In this document: positions 39,488 through 49,020 of the stretch, piece after piece
How positions within the stretch are numbered: position 1 is the first letter of the stretch
Layout: each line of letters opens with the position of its first letter
NCBI GenBank assembly: GCA_020852925.1
Contig: JADYZU010000036.1
Location: forward strand, 1,404 to 65,403
Direction: 5' to 3'
DNA length: 64,000 nucleotides
From: Rubellimicrobium sp.
Lineage (GTDB): Bacteria > Pseudomonadota > Alphaproteobacteria > Rhodobacterales > Rhodobacteraceae
Notes under the pieces: model-generated
The model's input: only the letters and a program-made list of their open reading frames with translations
What the model was told of the DNA's origin: nothing
Database searches by the model: none
Program-made: the position numbers and the translations under genes

Positions 39488-40722
39488 CCTTCCTCCAGCG
39501 TCACGCTCAGCCCCCCGCCCGCGGGCAGATCGGGCGGCAGGGGCAGGAGGATGCGCCGCTCGGGCCGGCTGGCGATGCGCCGCCCGGCGATCACCGCGCC
39601 GCCTGCGCGCAGCACCAGCCGCCCGCGCGCCGGACGTTCGACCCGCAGTTGCAGATGCCCGAACGCGCCCGCCCCGAGGACCACCGCCTGCGGCACCACC
39701 CAGGACAGCGGCCCGGGCCCAAGCGTGACCGGCAGGGGCGCCGACCGGGAGGGCGACTCGGGCGCCGGCGGGGGCGCGCCGCGCAGGTCGGCCAGGATCG
39801 CCCCGGCAACCCGCCGCCCCTCGTCCCAGCACCAGCCGGCAGTCTCGACCGGGCGCAAGAGATTGCCGGCGGCATGGAAATCCGGATCCGAGCAGCGCCC
39901 GGCGCTGTCGATCGCCGGCCCCCCCGTCGCCCGGTCGCGGGCCAGGTGCCCGGTGACCAGCAGCGTGGCCTCGGGGCGGAAGCGGCCGCTGAGGATCACG
40001 CCGTCGGCCGCGATCCGCTGCTGGCCTGCCGGTCCGTCGATCAGGACGGATTCCACCCGCTCGCGCCCCTCGATCGCCAGAACCCGGGTGCCAAGGTGCA
40101 GCGCAATGCCGCGCAGGCGGGGATAGAGGGCCGCAGGCCAGCGCGCGGTGGCGCGCGGCCCCTCCTCGATCATGGCCACGGGGCGGATGCCGGCATGGGC
40201 ACAGGTCATGATCGCGGAAAACGCCACAAGCTCGGTTCCCAGGATCACCGGCCGCAGGAAGGGCCGGCGTCCCTCCAGATGGACCATCCCCTGAAGCGCA
40301 CCGGTGGGCAGGATGCCGCCGGGCTTCTCGCCGCCGATCATCCGCTCGACCCGGGAACCCTCGCGCACGCCGGTGGCCAGCAGCACGCGCCGCGCGGCGA
40401 TGCGCGCCGGCCCCGCGTCCGAGGTCACGCTGACCGCCGGGCCGGGGTGCAGCGCGGTCACATCCACGCCGCAGGCGATCTGCACCCCGGCGGCGCGGGC
40501 GCGCGCCACAAGGGCAGCCGCATAATCGGGGCCGCGCAGCACCCGCCCGAATTCGCGCATGCCAAAGGGCGGGTGGCCGCAATGGCGCGGGATGCCGCCG
40601 GCCATTGCCTCGCGGTCGAGGACAAGGACGCGCAGATGCGGCGCCAGGACCGTCGCCGCCGACAGTCCCGCCGGCCCGCCGCCAACGATCAGCACATCGA
40701 CCTCGGCCGGAAGGGCGGTCAT
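39484..40722 (-). CDS. NAD(P)/FAD-dependent oxidoreductase (partner of the GlpD/GlpA-like dehydrogenase)
   Basis: 412 aa. VLIVGGGPAGLSAA dinucleotide fold. 4-nt overlaps with both neighbours. Confidence 0.75.
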   Translation of the reverse strand: MTALPAEVDVLIVGGGPAGLSAATVLAPHLRVLVLDREAMAGGIPRHCGHPPFGMREFGRVLRGPDYAAALVARARAAGVQIACGVDVTALHPGPAVSVTSDAGPARIAARRVLLATGVREGSRVERMIGGEKPGGILPTGALQGMVHLEGRRPFLRPVILGTELVAFSAIMTCAHAGIRPVAMIEEGPRATARWPAALYPRLRGIALHLGTRVLAIEGRERVESVLIDGPAGQQRIAADGVILSGRFRPEATLLVTGHLARDRATGGPAIDSAGRCSDPDFHAAGNLLRPVETAGWCWDEGRRVAGAILADLRGAPPPAPESPSRSAPLPVTLGPGPLSWVVPQAVVLGAGAFGHLQLRVERPARGRLVLRAGGAVIAGRRIASRPERRILLPLPPDLPAGGGLSVTLEEG

Positions 40723-42146
40723 GGCACCACCTCGTCCATCGGCCGGTCGAAATGCCCCGCGCTCAGTCGGCCCAGTTCGGCCGAACAGAAGAAGCCCTGA
40801 CAGCGCCCCATCGTCACGCGCGTGCGCCGCTTGAGCCCGGCAAGCGACCGTGCCGGCAGCGGCCCGTCAAGCGCGGCAAGCACCTCGCGCCGCGTCACCA
40901 TCTCGCAATGGCACAGGATGCCGCCATGGCCCGCCCCCTGCCAGTCGCGCGGGAAATAGTCCGAGATGTTCGGCACCTCGGGCCAGATCACCCTTGCGGG
41001 CGGGGTCAGTGCCAGACCGGCCAGCCCCTCGACATGGCGCGCGATGCCCAGCGCGGCCGAAAGCCCGGTCGAACGGATGCCGCCCACGGTGATGACGCCC
41101 GCCCCCTCATGCGCGCGGATGCGGTATTCCTTGGATTCGGTCGCGGGCCGCAGCCCGGCATAAGCGGCCGTCACCGGGTGGTCGCGCAGCGCGGGCAGGA
41201 TCTCTTCGCCGCGGCGGCGCAGCGCGGACAGGGTTTCGGGCACCAGCGTCGCGTGGTCGCGGTCGTCCTGATCCTCGGCCGTGGGGCCGACGATCAGGTT
41301 GCCAAAGGCGGTGCGGCAGACGACGATCCCCTTGGTCACCTTGCTTGGCACCGGCAGCAGGATATGCGCGGCCAGCGCCGCCGCCGGCTTGTCATAGACG
41401 ACGAACTGCCCCTTGCGCGGGCGGATGGTGAAATCGCGCCGCCCGAGCAGGATTTCGTCCACCAGATCGCCGGCATTGCCCGCGGCATTGATGACCAGCC
41501 CGGCCTGCACCCGGCCCTTCGGGGTCTCGAGGAACCAGTCGCCGTCGCGCCGGGCGGCCGTGACCGGTGCGCCGCGCAGCACGAGGGCGCCGTGGGCGAT
41601 GGCCTGAAGCAGATAGGCCAGCGGCGCGGACCAGGGGTCGATCAGATATTCGCGCGGCACGCGGAAGGCGGCGCGCGCCCCCGCGCCAAGGCCCGGCTCC
41701 AGCGCCCGCAGCGCGCCCCGGTCCAGCGGCTCGACATCCGCCACCCCGTTCTCCACTGCCTGCGCCATGAGCGCGGGCAGAAGCGCCTCTTCCTCCTCGC
41801 TCCAGGCGATGACAAGGGCCCCCGCGCGGATCAGCGGCAGGCCGAGGCGGGCGTGGATGTCGAGATATTCCTCATGCCCCGCCGCCACGCAGGCACGCTC
41901 GAGCGATCCGGGCGGCGCGTCGAATCCGGTGTGCAGGATCGCCGAATTGCCCTTGGACGCCCCGTCGAGGATATCCGCCGCCTTCTCGATCACCGCGACC
42001 CGCGCCCCCGCGAGCGCGAACCGCCGCGCGATGGCCGCGCCGACCACCCCCGCCCCGATCACCGCAACGTCGAACCGTCCTGCAAGGGCCATGGGTGCTG
42101 CCGGCATGGGAACGCGATCCTTTGGGCTTTGTCCGGGATCTGCCAT
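40719..42146 (-). CDS. FAD-dependent glycerol-3-phosphate dehydrogenase-like oxidoreductase with C-terminal BFD-like [2Fe-2S] domain
   Basis: DVAVIGAGVVGAAIA fold. C-terminal CHCEMVTRREV...GRCQGFFC Cys pattern. Start ambiguous (42146, 42107 or 42092). Confidence 0.8.
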   Translation of the reverse strand: MADPGQSPKDRVPMPAAPMALAGRFDVAVIGAGVVGAAIARRFALAGARVAVIEKAADILDGASKGNSAILHTGFDAPPGSLERACVAAGHEEYLDIHARLGLPLIRAGALVIAWSEEEEALLPALMAQAVENGVADVEPLDRGALRALEPGLGAGARAAFRVPREYLIDPWSAPLAYLLQAIAHGALVLRGAPVTAARRDGDWFLETPKGRVQAGLVINAAGNAGDLVDEILLGRRDFTIRPRKGQFVVYDKPAAALAAHILLPVPSKVTKGIVVCRTAFGNLIVGPTAEDQDDRDHATLVPETLSALRRRGEEILPALRDHPVTAAYAGLRPATESKEYRIRAHEGAGVITVGGIRSTGLSAALGIARHVEGLAGLALTPPARVIWPEVPNISDYFPRDWQGAGHGGILCHCEMVTRREVLAALDGPLPARSLAGLKRRTRVTMGRCQGFFCSAELGRLSAGHFDRPMDEVVP

Positions 42147-42289
42147 AAGCTGTGCGATTGGTCAATCCGGTGTGTGTTTTGAAGAAGCCGTCACACCGTT
42201 GCCACGCGATTCATGTTGACTTGGGCAATATGACCGGTTCTAGTCTGCCCATGCCGCCGGGCCGGGAGGGGTCCGCAGCGGCGGGATGC

Positions 42290-43072
42290 ATGGCATCGTC
42301 GGGGGGAAGGCGGGACGTGAAGCCGGAGGAACGTCAGGCACAGATCCTTGCCGCGATCGACCGCGACGGCGAAGTTGCGGTGCCGGATCTGGCCCGCCGG
42401 TTCGATGTCTCGACCGAGACGATCCGCCGCGACCTTGGCCAGCTTGCCCGGGGCGGCGCGGTGCAGAAGGTTCACGGCGGCGCGCGGCGGCTGCGGCTGC
42501 ATGTCGAGAACAGCTTTGAAGAGCGGATGTCGGAGCAGGCCGGCGAAAAGGCCGTGATCGGACAGAAGCTGCGGCAGGTGATCGCCCCCGGCGACAGCCT
42601 GTTCATCGACACCGGCACGACAACACTGGCCTGTGCGCGGGCGCTGGCCGAGGTGGCGGATCTGACGGTGATCACCAATTCCCTGCGCATCGCCCGCGTG
42701 TTCGCCCATGGCAGCGGACATGCGCAGGTGTTCCTGACGGGCGGCGCCTATGCCCCCGACAACGGCGAGACGGTGGGCCCCATGGTCCTTGCCCAGATCG
42801 CGCAGTTCCGCGCCGATCATGCGGTGATCGGTGTCGCGGCGCTGGATCCGGCGGCGGGGGCCCTGGATGCCGACCCGGACGAGGCGGCGATTGCCCGGGC
42901 GATGTGCGCGGCCGCGCGCCAGACCGTCGTGGTGGCCGGATCGGCCAAGTTCGCGCGGCGCGCGGCGCATCTGGTCTGCCCGCTGCCGCAGATGGAGGTG
43001 CTGGTGGCCGATGTGCCCCCGCCCGACCCCTGGCCCGCGCTGCTGGCGACCGCTTCGGTCCGGCTGATCTGA
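42290..43072 (+). CDS. DeoR/GlpR family transcriptional repressor
   Basis: KPEERQAQILAAIDRDGEVAVPDLARRFDVSTETIRRDL HTH plus a sugar-phosphate-binding C-domain. Alternative GTG start at 42317. Confidence 0.85.
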   Translation: MASSGGRRDVKPEERQAQILAAIDRDGEVAVPDLARRFDVSTETIRRDLGQLARGGAVQKVHGGARRLRLHVENSFEERMSEQAGEKAVIGQKLRQVIAPGDSLFIDTGTTTLACARALAEVADLTVITNSLRIARVFAHGSGHAQVFLTGGAYAPDNGETVGPMVLAQIAQFRADHAVIGVAALDPAAGALDADPDEAAIARAMCAAARQTVVVAGSAKFARRAAHLVCPLPQMEVLVADVPPPDPWPALLATASVRLI

Positions 43073-43117
43073 GGATGAAGGAATGACGGTGCAGCTTCGC
43101 AGAATGGAGAGCGGCCG

Positions 43118-43636
43118 ATGCCGGCGATCCTGAAGGGTTATGTCCGCTTCATGGCGCGCCTGTCCGACGGGATCGGCTGGTTCGCCATGTTCCTCATCTA
43201 TCTGATGATCGGCGTGCTGCTGTTCGACGTGTTCTCGGACAAGGTGCTGGGCGTGGTGCAGAACTGGACGCTCGAGACCGCGCAGTTCACGCTGGCCGCC
43301 TTCTATTTCCTGGCCGGGCCCAAGACGCTCAAGGACGACACGCATGTGCGCCTCGATCTGATCTATTCCCGCCTCGGGCGGCGCGGGCGCGCGGCGATCG
43401 ACGCGGTGACGATCTGGATCGTCATCTTCTATCTGGGGATCACGCTGTGGGGCGGGATTTCGTCGCTTCAGTATTCCTGGGAGACGAACCAGCGGCTTCC
43501 GTCGCTGTGGGGGCCGCCGCTTGTGCCGATCAAGGCGCTCATGGTGGTCTGCCTGATCCTCATGATCCTGCAATGTCTGGCAATCTTCCTGCGCGACGTG
43601 GCGCGGATCGGCGGAGGAGACCACGATGAGCTATGA
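43118..43636 (+). CDS. TRAP transporter small permease (DctQ-type)
   Basis: 172 aa, 4 TM. Followed by overlapping large permease and binding-protein genes. Confidence 0.85.
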   Translation: MPAILKGYVRFMARLSDGIGWFAMFLIYLMIGVLLFDVFSDKVLGVVQNWTLETAQFTLAAFYFLAGPKTLKDDTHVRLDLIYSRLGRRGRAAIDAVTIWIVIFYLGITLWGGISSLQYSWETNQRLPSLWGPPLVPIKALMVVCLILMILQCLAIFLRDVARIGGGDHDEL

Positions 43637-44957
43637 AGCGATCGCGGTCACCATGTTCCTCGGCATGATCGTGCTCATGCTGACGGGGCAGCGCGTCTTT
43701 GCGATGATCGGCGCGGTCGCCGCGGCCTCGGCGCTGGCGCTATATGGCGATGCCTCGGTCGAACTGCCGTTCAACGCGGTGTTCAAGCTGTTTTCCTGGT
43801 ATGCGCTGCTGACGCTGCCCCTGTTCGTCTACATGGGGCACATGATGGCCAAATCGGGGATCGCCGAGGATCTCTACCTCATGATGCATGTCTGGTTCGG
43901 CAGGCTGCCGGGCGGGCTGGCGATGGGGACGATCTTTCTCATGGTCATCATCAGCGCGATCAACGGGCTGTCGGTGGCGGGGCTGGCCATCGGTTCGGCG
44001 ATCGCGCTGCCGCAGATGCTGGCGCGGGGCTATGACAAGGTGCTCATCACCGGGGTGGTGCAGGGCGGGTCCACACTTGGCATCCTCATCCCGCCGTCGG
44101 TGGTGATGGTGCTGTTCGCGGTGATCGCCCGGCAGCCGGTGTCCGACCTCTGGCTTGCCGGGGTGTTTCCCGGGCTGCTCATGGCGGTGGTCTTTGCCGT
44201 CTATGTCTGGGTCCGGGTCAAGGTGAACCCGGCCCTCGCCCCCGCGCTCAGCCCCGAGGAACTGGCCATGCCGCTGCGCGAGAAGCTCTTGCTTCTGCGC
44301 GCGGGGATCGCGCCCTTCGTCATCTTCGCGCTGATGATCGGGCTGTTCGTGCTGGGCTATACCAACCTGCTCGAAAGCTCGGCCGTGGGTGCGACCTCGG
44401 CCACGGTCGCGGCGGCGTGGAAGCGGCGGCTGAACCTGCGCCTCCTTGTCGAGACCGCGCGCGAGACCATGGCCGTCACCGCGCTGTTCATGTGGGTGGT
44501 GCTGGGCGCGCTGGCCTTCTCGTCGGTGTTCGACGGGATCGGCGCGGTGCGCGCGATCGAGAACGTGTTCATCCACAACTGGGAACTCTCGCCCTGGACG
44601 GTGATCGTGCTCATGCAGGTGTCGTTCCTGATCATGGGGATGTTCCTTGACGACACCGCGATGCTGGTGATCGTCGCGCCGCTCTATATCCCGCTGGTGC
44701 AGCGCCTCGATCTGGGGATCGACAACCAGATGGTCTGGTTCGGGATCCTCTACACGATGACCTGCCAGGTGGCCTACATCTCGCCCCCGTTCGGCTACAA
44801 CCTGTTCCTGATGCGGGGGATGGCGCCGAAGGAGATCACCCTCTTCGACATCTACCGCTCGATCTGGCCGTTCATGCTGCTGATCGCCTTCACCATCGTT
44901 CTCATCATGCTTTTCCCGCAGATCGCAACCTGGCTGCCCGCAGCGATCCGCGGCTGA
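43626..44957 (+). CDS. TRAP transporter large permease (DctM-type)
   Basis: 443 aa, highly hydrophobic multi-TM. 11-nt overlap with the small subunit. Confidence 0.9.
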   Translation: MSYEAIAVTMFLGMIVLMLTGQRVFAMIGAVAAASALALYGDASVELPFNAVFKLFSWYALLTLPLFVYMGHMMAKSGIAEDLYLMMHVWFGRLPGGLAMGTIFLMVIISAINGLSVAGLAIGSAIALPQMLARGYDKVLITGVVQGGSTLGILIPPSVVMVLFAVIARQPVSDLWLAGVFPGLLMAVVFAVYVWVRVKVNPALAPALSPEELAMPLREKLLLLRAGIAPFVIFALMIGLFVLGYTNLLESSAVGATSATVAAAWKRRLNLRLLVETARETMAVTALFMWVVLGALAFSSVFDGIGAVRAIENVFIHNWELSPWTVIVLMQVSFLIMGMFLDDTAMLVIVAPLYIPLVQRLDLGIDNQMVWFGILYTMTCQVAYISPPFGYNLFLMRGMAPKEITLFDIYRSIWPFMLLIAFTIVLIMLFPQIATWLPAAIRG

Positions 44958-44982
44958 CCGCATCAACCCGAGGGAGGACCAC

Positions 44983-46062
44983 ATGACCGATACCACCAGA
45001 CCCCTGTCGCCATCCGAGAGGATCCTGGCCAGCCGGCGCAAGTTCCTGGTCACTGCCGGCCTGGCCGCGCCGGCCGCGCTGGCCGCGCCGGCGATCGTGC
45101 GCGCGCAGGCGCCGATCCGCTGGCGGCTTCAGACCTATGCCGGGCCGTCGCTGGGCGAATATGTGGTGAAGCCGCAGATCGACGCCTTCAACGCCGCCGC
45201 CAACGGCGAGATGGAGATCGAACTCTACTACGCCGATCAGCTTGTCCCCACGTCCGAGCTGTTCCGCGCGCTTCAGAACGGCACGCTCGACGCGATCCAG
45301 TCGGACGAGGCGACCATGGCCGCTCCGGTCGATATCGCGGTGTTCGGGGGCTATTTCCCCTTTGCCACCCGCTTCAGCCCCGATGTCGGGGCCATGTTCA
45401 TGTATTACGGCCTCGACGAGATCTGGAAGGAGGCCTACGCCGATGTCGAGAACGTCACCTATCTCTCGACCGGGTCGTGGGATCCGCTGCATGTCTTCAC
45501 CGTGGACAAGCCGATCCGCTCGCTCGCCGATCTGAACGGGCTGCGGGTGTTCGGGGTGCCGACGGCCGGACGGTTCCTGTCGCGCTATGGCCTGATCCCG
45601 GTCACGGTTCCCTGGGACGACGTGGAAGTGGCGCTGCGCACCGGCGATCTCGATGGCGTGCTGTGGTCCGGCTTTACCGAGATGTATGCCATGGGCTGGG
45701 CCGACATCTGCAAATATGCGCTGTCGAACTCGATCACCGGGGCGTGGTTCGGTTCCTACTATGTGAACACGCCCAGTTGGGATCGGGTGCCGCCGCATCT
45801 CCAGCAGCTTTACCGCACCACCATCGACCAGTCGCACCACTACCGGACGATCTGGTACTGGGGCGGCGAGGCGCGGTTGCGCGTCCATGGCGAGAAGATG
45901 GAGCAGACCGCGCTGCCCGCCGCGGAATGGAACCAGGTCATCGAGGACGGCAAGTCGTTCTGGGACGAGGTCGCCGCCGAAAGCCCGCGCGCGGCGCGCG
46001 TGGTCGACATCTTCAAGCAGTATGCCTCCGACATGGAGGCCGCGGGCTATCCCTACCGCTGA
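44983..46062 (+). CDS. TRAP transporter periplasmic solute-binding protein (DctP-type, Tat signal)
   Basis: 359 aa. SRRKFLVTAGLAAPAALAAPAIVRAQA signal. Confidence 0.85.
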   Translation: MTDTTRPLSPSERILASRRKFLVTAGLAAPAALAAPAIVRAQAPIRWRLQTYAGPSLGEYVVKPQIDAFNAAANGEMEIELYYADQLVPTSELFRALQNGTLDAIQSDEATMAAPVDIAVFGGYFPFATRFSPDVGAMFMYYGLDEIWKEAYADVENVTYLSTGSWDPLHVFTVDKPIRSLADLNGLRVFGVPTAGRFLSRYGLIPVTVPWDDVEVALRTGDLDGVLWSGFTEMYAMGWADICKYALSNSITGAWFGSYYVNTPSWDRVPPHLQQLYRTTIDQSHHYRTIWYWGGEARLRVHGEKMEQTALPAAEWNQVIEDGKSFWDEVAAESPRAARVVDIFKQYASDMEAAGYPYR

Positions 46063-46069
46063 GGGTCAG

Positions 46070-46099
46070 GGCCGCCGGGGGGCCGTTCCCCCGGCGGCC
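46070..46099. terminator. Bidirectional hairpin between the convergent TRAP binding-protein gene and sqr
   Basis: ggccgccggggg-gccgtt-cccccggcggcc, perfect 12-bp stem. Confidence 0.45.
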
Positions 46100-46121
46100 T
46101 CCGCCCGCCCCCGTGCCGGGG

Positions 46122-47420
46122 TCAGGTATCGGGGCCTTCGTGCGTCACTTCCTTCAGCTTGTCGATGCCCAGCACCTTGAGGGCGAGGCTCTCGTAGAAG
46201 GGTTCGGACGTGCCCTTCTTGATCTTGCGGATGAAGTATTTCTCGAACCCCGCCTTGGCCAGATGCACCCATTTGCCCGAGGACGACCAGTTGACGTTGC
46301 GCGGCGGGATCTGCGGTTGCGCGACAAAGGCCACGCCCCCGTCGCCGAAATCGGCCAGACAGACCGCGTTCCACGACCCCACGCTGTCGGGCTCGTGACC
46401 GCGCAGGAGGGCGCCGATGTTGTGGGCGGTGGCGGTGACCATGGATTCGATCATGAACCCGGTCTTGGGCACCCCGCAGGGCACCGGCGTGGGCCCGGTG
46501 GGCGGGATCGCGACGCAGACCCCGACGCCAAAGATCTCGGGGTATTTCGGATTGCGCTGGTGCTTGTCCACGATGACAAAGCCGCGCGGGTTCACGAGGC
46601 CCTCGATCCCCCTCAGCGGCTTGATGCCGCGAAACGCCGGCAACATCATCGCGAAGGCGAAGGGCAGTTCCCTTTCGGCCTTCACCGATCCGTCGTCGGC
46701 AATCTCCTCGACCGTCATCCTGCCTTCCTCGACCTTCTTCACCCGGGTCGAGGTCATCCACTTGATGTGCTTCTCGCGCATCTCGGATTCGAGAAGGCCC
46801 CTGGTGTCCCCGACCCCGTCAAGGCCCAGGTGGCCGACATAGGGTTCGGAGGTGACATAGGTCATGGGAACGCGGTCGCGCACCTTGGCGCGGCGCAGCG
46901 CGGTCTCGAGGATGAAGATGAATTCGTAGGCCGGGCCAAAGCAGGACGCCCCCTGCGCCGCGCCGACGATGACCGGCCCGGGATTGGCGACCAGCCGCTC
47001 GAACGCCGCGCGCGCCTGTTCGGCGTGATCGACATGGCAGACCGACTGGGTATGCCCGCCGTGGGGGCCGAACCCCTCGATCTCGTCGAAGGCGAGTTCG
47101 GGACCGGTGGCGATCACGAGATAGTCGTAATCGACCGCGCTGCCATCGGCGAGGGTGAGGCGCCGCGCCAAGGGGTCAAGATGTTCGGCGGCGCTGGCGC
47201 GGAACTCGATCCCCTTGCGCGCCATGATGGGGGCAAGATCGACGGTGATGTCCTCACGCTCGCGCCAGCCGACCGCGATCCACGGGTTCGAGGGCACGAA
47301 ATGGTAGGTCGGATCCTTCGTGACCACGGTGATGCGGTCCTCGGGGCGGATCTGTTCGCGCAGCTCGTAGGCCATGATCGACCCGCCCAGCCCAGCCCCC
47401 AACACGACGATATGCGCCAT
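46122..47420 (-). CDS. sqr: sulfide:quinone oxidoreductase (type I SQR)
   Basis: 432 aa from MAHIVVLGAGLGGS. Conserved Cys contexts (GASCFGPAYE, KTGFMIE) and overall similarity, from memory, to Rhodobacter capsulatus SQR. Confidence 0.88.
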   Translation of the reverse strand: MAHIVVLGAGLGGSIMAYELREQIRPEDRITVVTKDPTYHFVPSNPWIAVGWREREDITVDLAPIMARKGIEFRASAAEHLDPLARRLTLADGSAVDYDYLVIATGPELAFDEIEGFGPHGGHTQSVCHVDHAEQARAAFERLVANPGPVIVGAAQGASCFGPAYEFIFILETALRRAKVRDRVPMTYVTSEPYVGHLGLDGVGDTRGLLESEMREKHIKWMTSTRVKKVEEGRMTVEEIADDGSVKAERELPFAFAMMLPAFRGIKPLRGIEGLVNPRGFVIVDKHQRNPKYPEIFGVGVCVAIPPTGPTPVPCGVPKTGFMIESMVTATAHNIGALLRGHEPDSVGSWNAVCLADFGDGGVAFVAQPQIPPRNVNWSSSGKWVHLAKAGFEKYFIRKIKKGTSEPFYESLALKVLGIDKLKEVTHEGPDT

Positions 47421-47486
47421 TGCCATCCTCCCCAGGACGGGCGGACCCGGATGCGCGATGCCCGTACAGCGGCCGCCCTGAGAGGT

Positions 47487-47514
47487 ATCATATAACGATA
47501 TTGAAATATTTCAA
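47487..47514 (-). promoter_or_regulatory. Candidate sqr promoter overlapped by a perfect 14-bp palindrome
   Basis: Minus strand: TTGAAA(-35)-16 nt-TATGAT(-10). Palindrome TTGAAATATTTCAA at 47501-47514. This is the only markedly AT-rich patch in the sqr/cysK intergenic. Confidence 0.45.
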
Positions 47515-47628
47515 CCACCCGCATGAACGCGGGCCGCCCCGTGCGTTGCGACAGATTCACGCAGGATATGGCATTCCGGGGGCTGTGGCGGGATAAGGCA
47601 CCCTCTGGCCGCGACGGCCAGACCGGGA

Positions 47629-48615
47629 ATGGAGAACATCATGACCGATTTCGCCAGCCGCCCGACCGGGCGTGGACGCATCTACCCCTCGATCACCGCG
47701 ACCGTGGGCGACACGCCCCTTGTCCGGCTTGACCGTTTCGCCGCCGACAGGGGCGTGCAGGCGACCATTGCCGCGAAACTCGAATGTTTCAATCCGCTCT
47801 CCTCGGTCAAGGACCGCATCGGCCTTGCCATGATCGACGCGCTCGAGGCCGAGGGGCGCATCGCGCCGGGCCGGTCGGTGCTGATCGAGGCCACATCGGG
47901 CAATACCGGGATCGCGCTGGCCTTTGTCGCCGCGGCGCGAGGGTATCGCCTGATCCTGACCATGCCCGAAACCATGTCGGTCGAGCGGCGACGGATGCTG
48001 GCCCTTCTGGGGGCCGAGCTCGAGCTGACCGAAGGGGCGAAGGGCATGAAGGGCGCGATTGCCCGGGCGGGCGAGCTGGCCGAATCCATTCCCGATGCCG
48101 TGATCGTGCGCCAGTTCGAGAACCCGGCCAACCCGGACATCCACCGCCGCACCACCGGCGTGGAGATCTGGAACGATACCGAAGGCGCGGTCGATATCCT
48201 GATTTCAGGCGTCGGCACCGGCGGCACGATCACCGGGGCGGGGCAGGTTCTCAAGGCGCGCAAGCCCGGCGTGCGGGTGATCGCGGTGGAACCCGCGGCC
48301 TCGCCCGTGCTGTCGGGGGGTGCGCCCGGCCCGCACCGGATCCAGGGGCTGGGCGCCGGATTCGTCCCGGCGGTCCTCGATACCGGGGTCTATGACGAAG
48401 TGGTTCAGGTGACCAACGAAGAGGCGATGGAGACCGCCCGCCTTGTCGCGCGTCTCGAGGGGGTGCCGGTCGGCATCTCGTCGGGGGCGGCACTGGCGGC
48501 GGCGGTGGCGGTGGGGCGGCGCGCAGAGAATGCGGGCAGGCTCATGGTCGTGGTCCTGCCCGATTTCGCCGAACGCTACCTCTCGACCGCGCTGTTCGAG
48601 GGGTTGGGGGGCTGA
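47629..48615 (+). CDS. cysK: cysteine synthase A (O-acetylserine sulfhydrylase)
   Basis: 328 aa. [11 protein letters not shown]-lysine motif, TSGNTG, GVGTGGT loop. Alternative start Met at 47641. Confidence 0.92.
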   Translation: MENIMTDFASRPTGRGRIYPSITATVGDTPLVRLDRFAADRGVQATIAAKLECFNPLSSVKDRIGLAMIDALEAEGRIAPGRSVLIEATSGNTGIALAFVAAARGYRLILTMPETMSVERRRMLALLGAELELTEGAKGMKGAIARAGELAESIPDAVIVRQFENPANPDIHRRTTGVEIWNDTEGAVDILISGVGTGGTITGAGQVLKARKPGVRVIAVEPAASPVLSGGAPGPHRIQGLGAGFVPAVLDTGVYDEVVQVTNEEAMETARLVARLEGVPVGISSGAALAAAVAVGRRAENAGRLMVVVLPDFAERYLSTALFEGLGG

Positions 48616-48626
48616 GGCCCCCCTCC

Positions 48627-49001
48627 TCAGCCTGCGCGCCGCGCCACCAGGGCGATCCAGATCCAGACGCCGGCGCGCAGGACCATTGCCCCCATGGTGC
48701 GCCCCATCCACGGGTCGCCCTGCGTCACATGCCACAGGAAGGCCGCAAAGACCGCGACCGTCGCCACGGCGATCACCAGCGCCAGCGCCGGGGCCCAGCG
48801 CGCGCCCAGCCACAGGCCGATCCCGGCCAGCACATAGGCAAAGCCCGCGACGAAGTTGAACCACAGGACAAAGGGCACCGCCGCGCCCGGGTCTCCGGGG
48901 CCGAACAGCGCCCGCGCGCCCGAGACGATGGTAAGGATGCCGAACACCACCGCCACGGCGGCGGCGATGGTGATGATGCGGGTCCGTGTCGGGGTCTGCA
49001 T
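48627..49001 (-). CDS. small integral membrane protein (4 predicted TM)
   Basis: 124 aa from MQTPTRTRIITIAAAV (SD gggaggga). Last gene of the TetR-HlyD-FtsX-ATPase operon. Confidence 0.6.
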   Translation of the reverse strand: MQTPTRTRIITIAAAVAVVFGILTIVSGARALFGPGDPGAAVPFVLWFNFVAGFAYVLAGIGLWLGARWAPALALVIAVATVAVFAAFLWHVTQGDPWMGRTMGAMVLRAGVWIWIALVARRAG

Positions 49002-49020
49002 GTCGTTCCCTCCCTTGGGT

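Noticed and set aside
38060-40582. Apparent giant fusion ORFs (840 aa at glpK, 612 aa at the LysR gene, 609 aa at the first permease, 561 aa at the Fec-type binding protein, 515 aa at the Tat binding protein, 499 aa at gcvT).
   Set aside because: In each case only the C-terminal part has family motifs and an internal Met with an SD or an ATGA/coupling junction. The N-terminal extension is Arg/Pro-rich and overlaps the upstream gene or a riboswitch in another frame.
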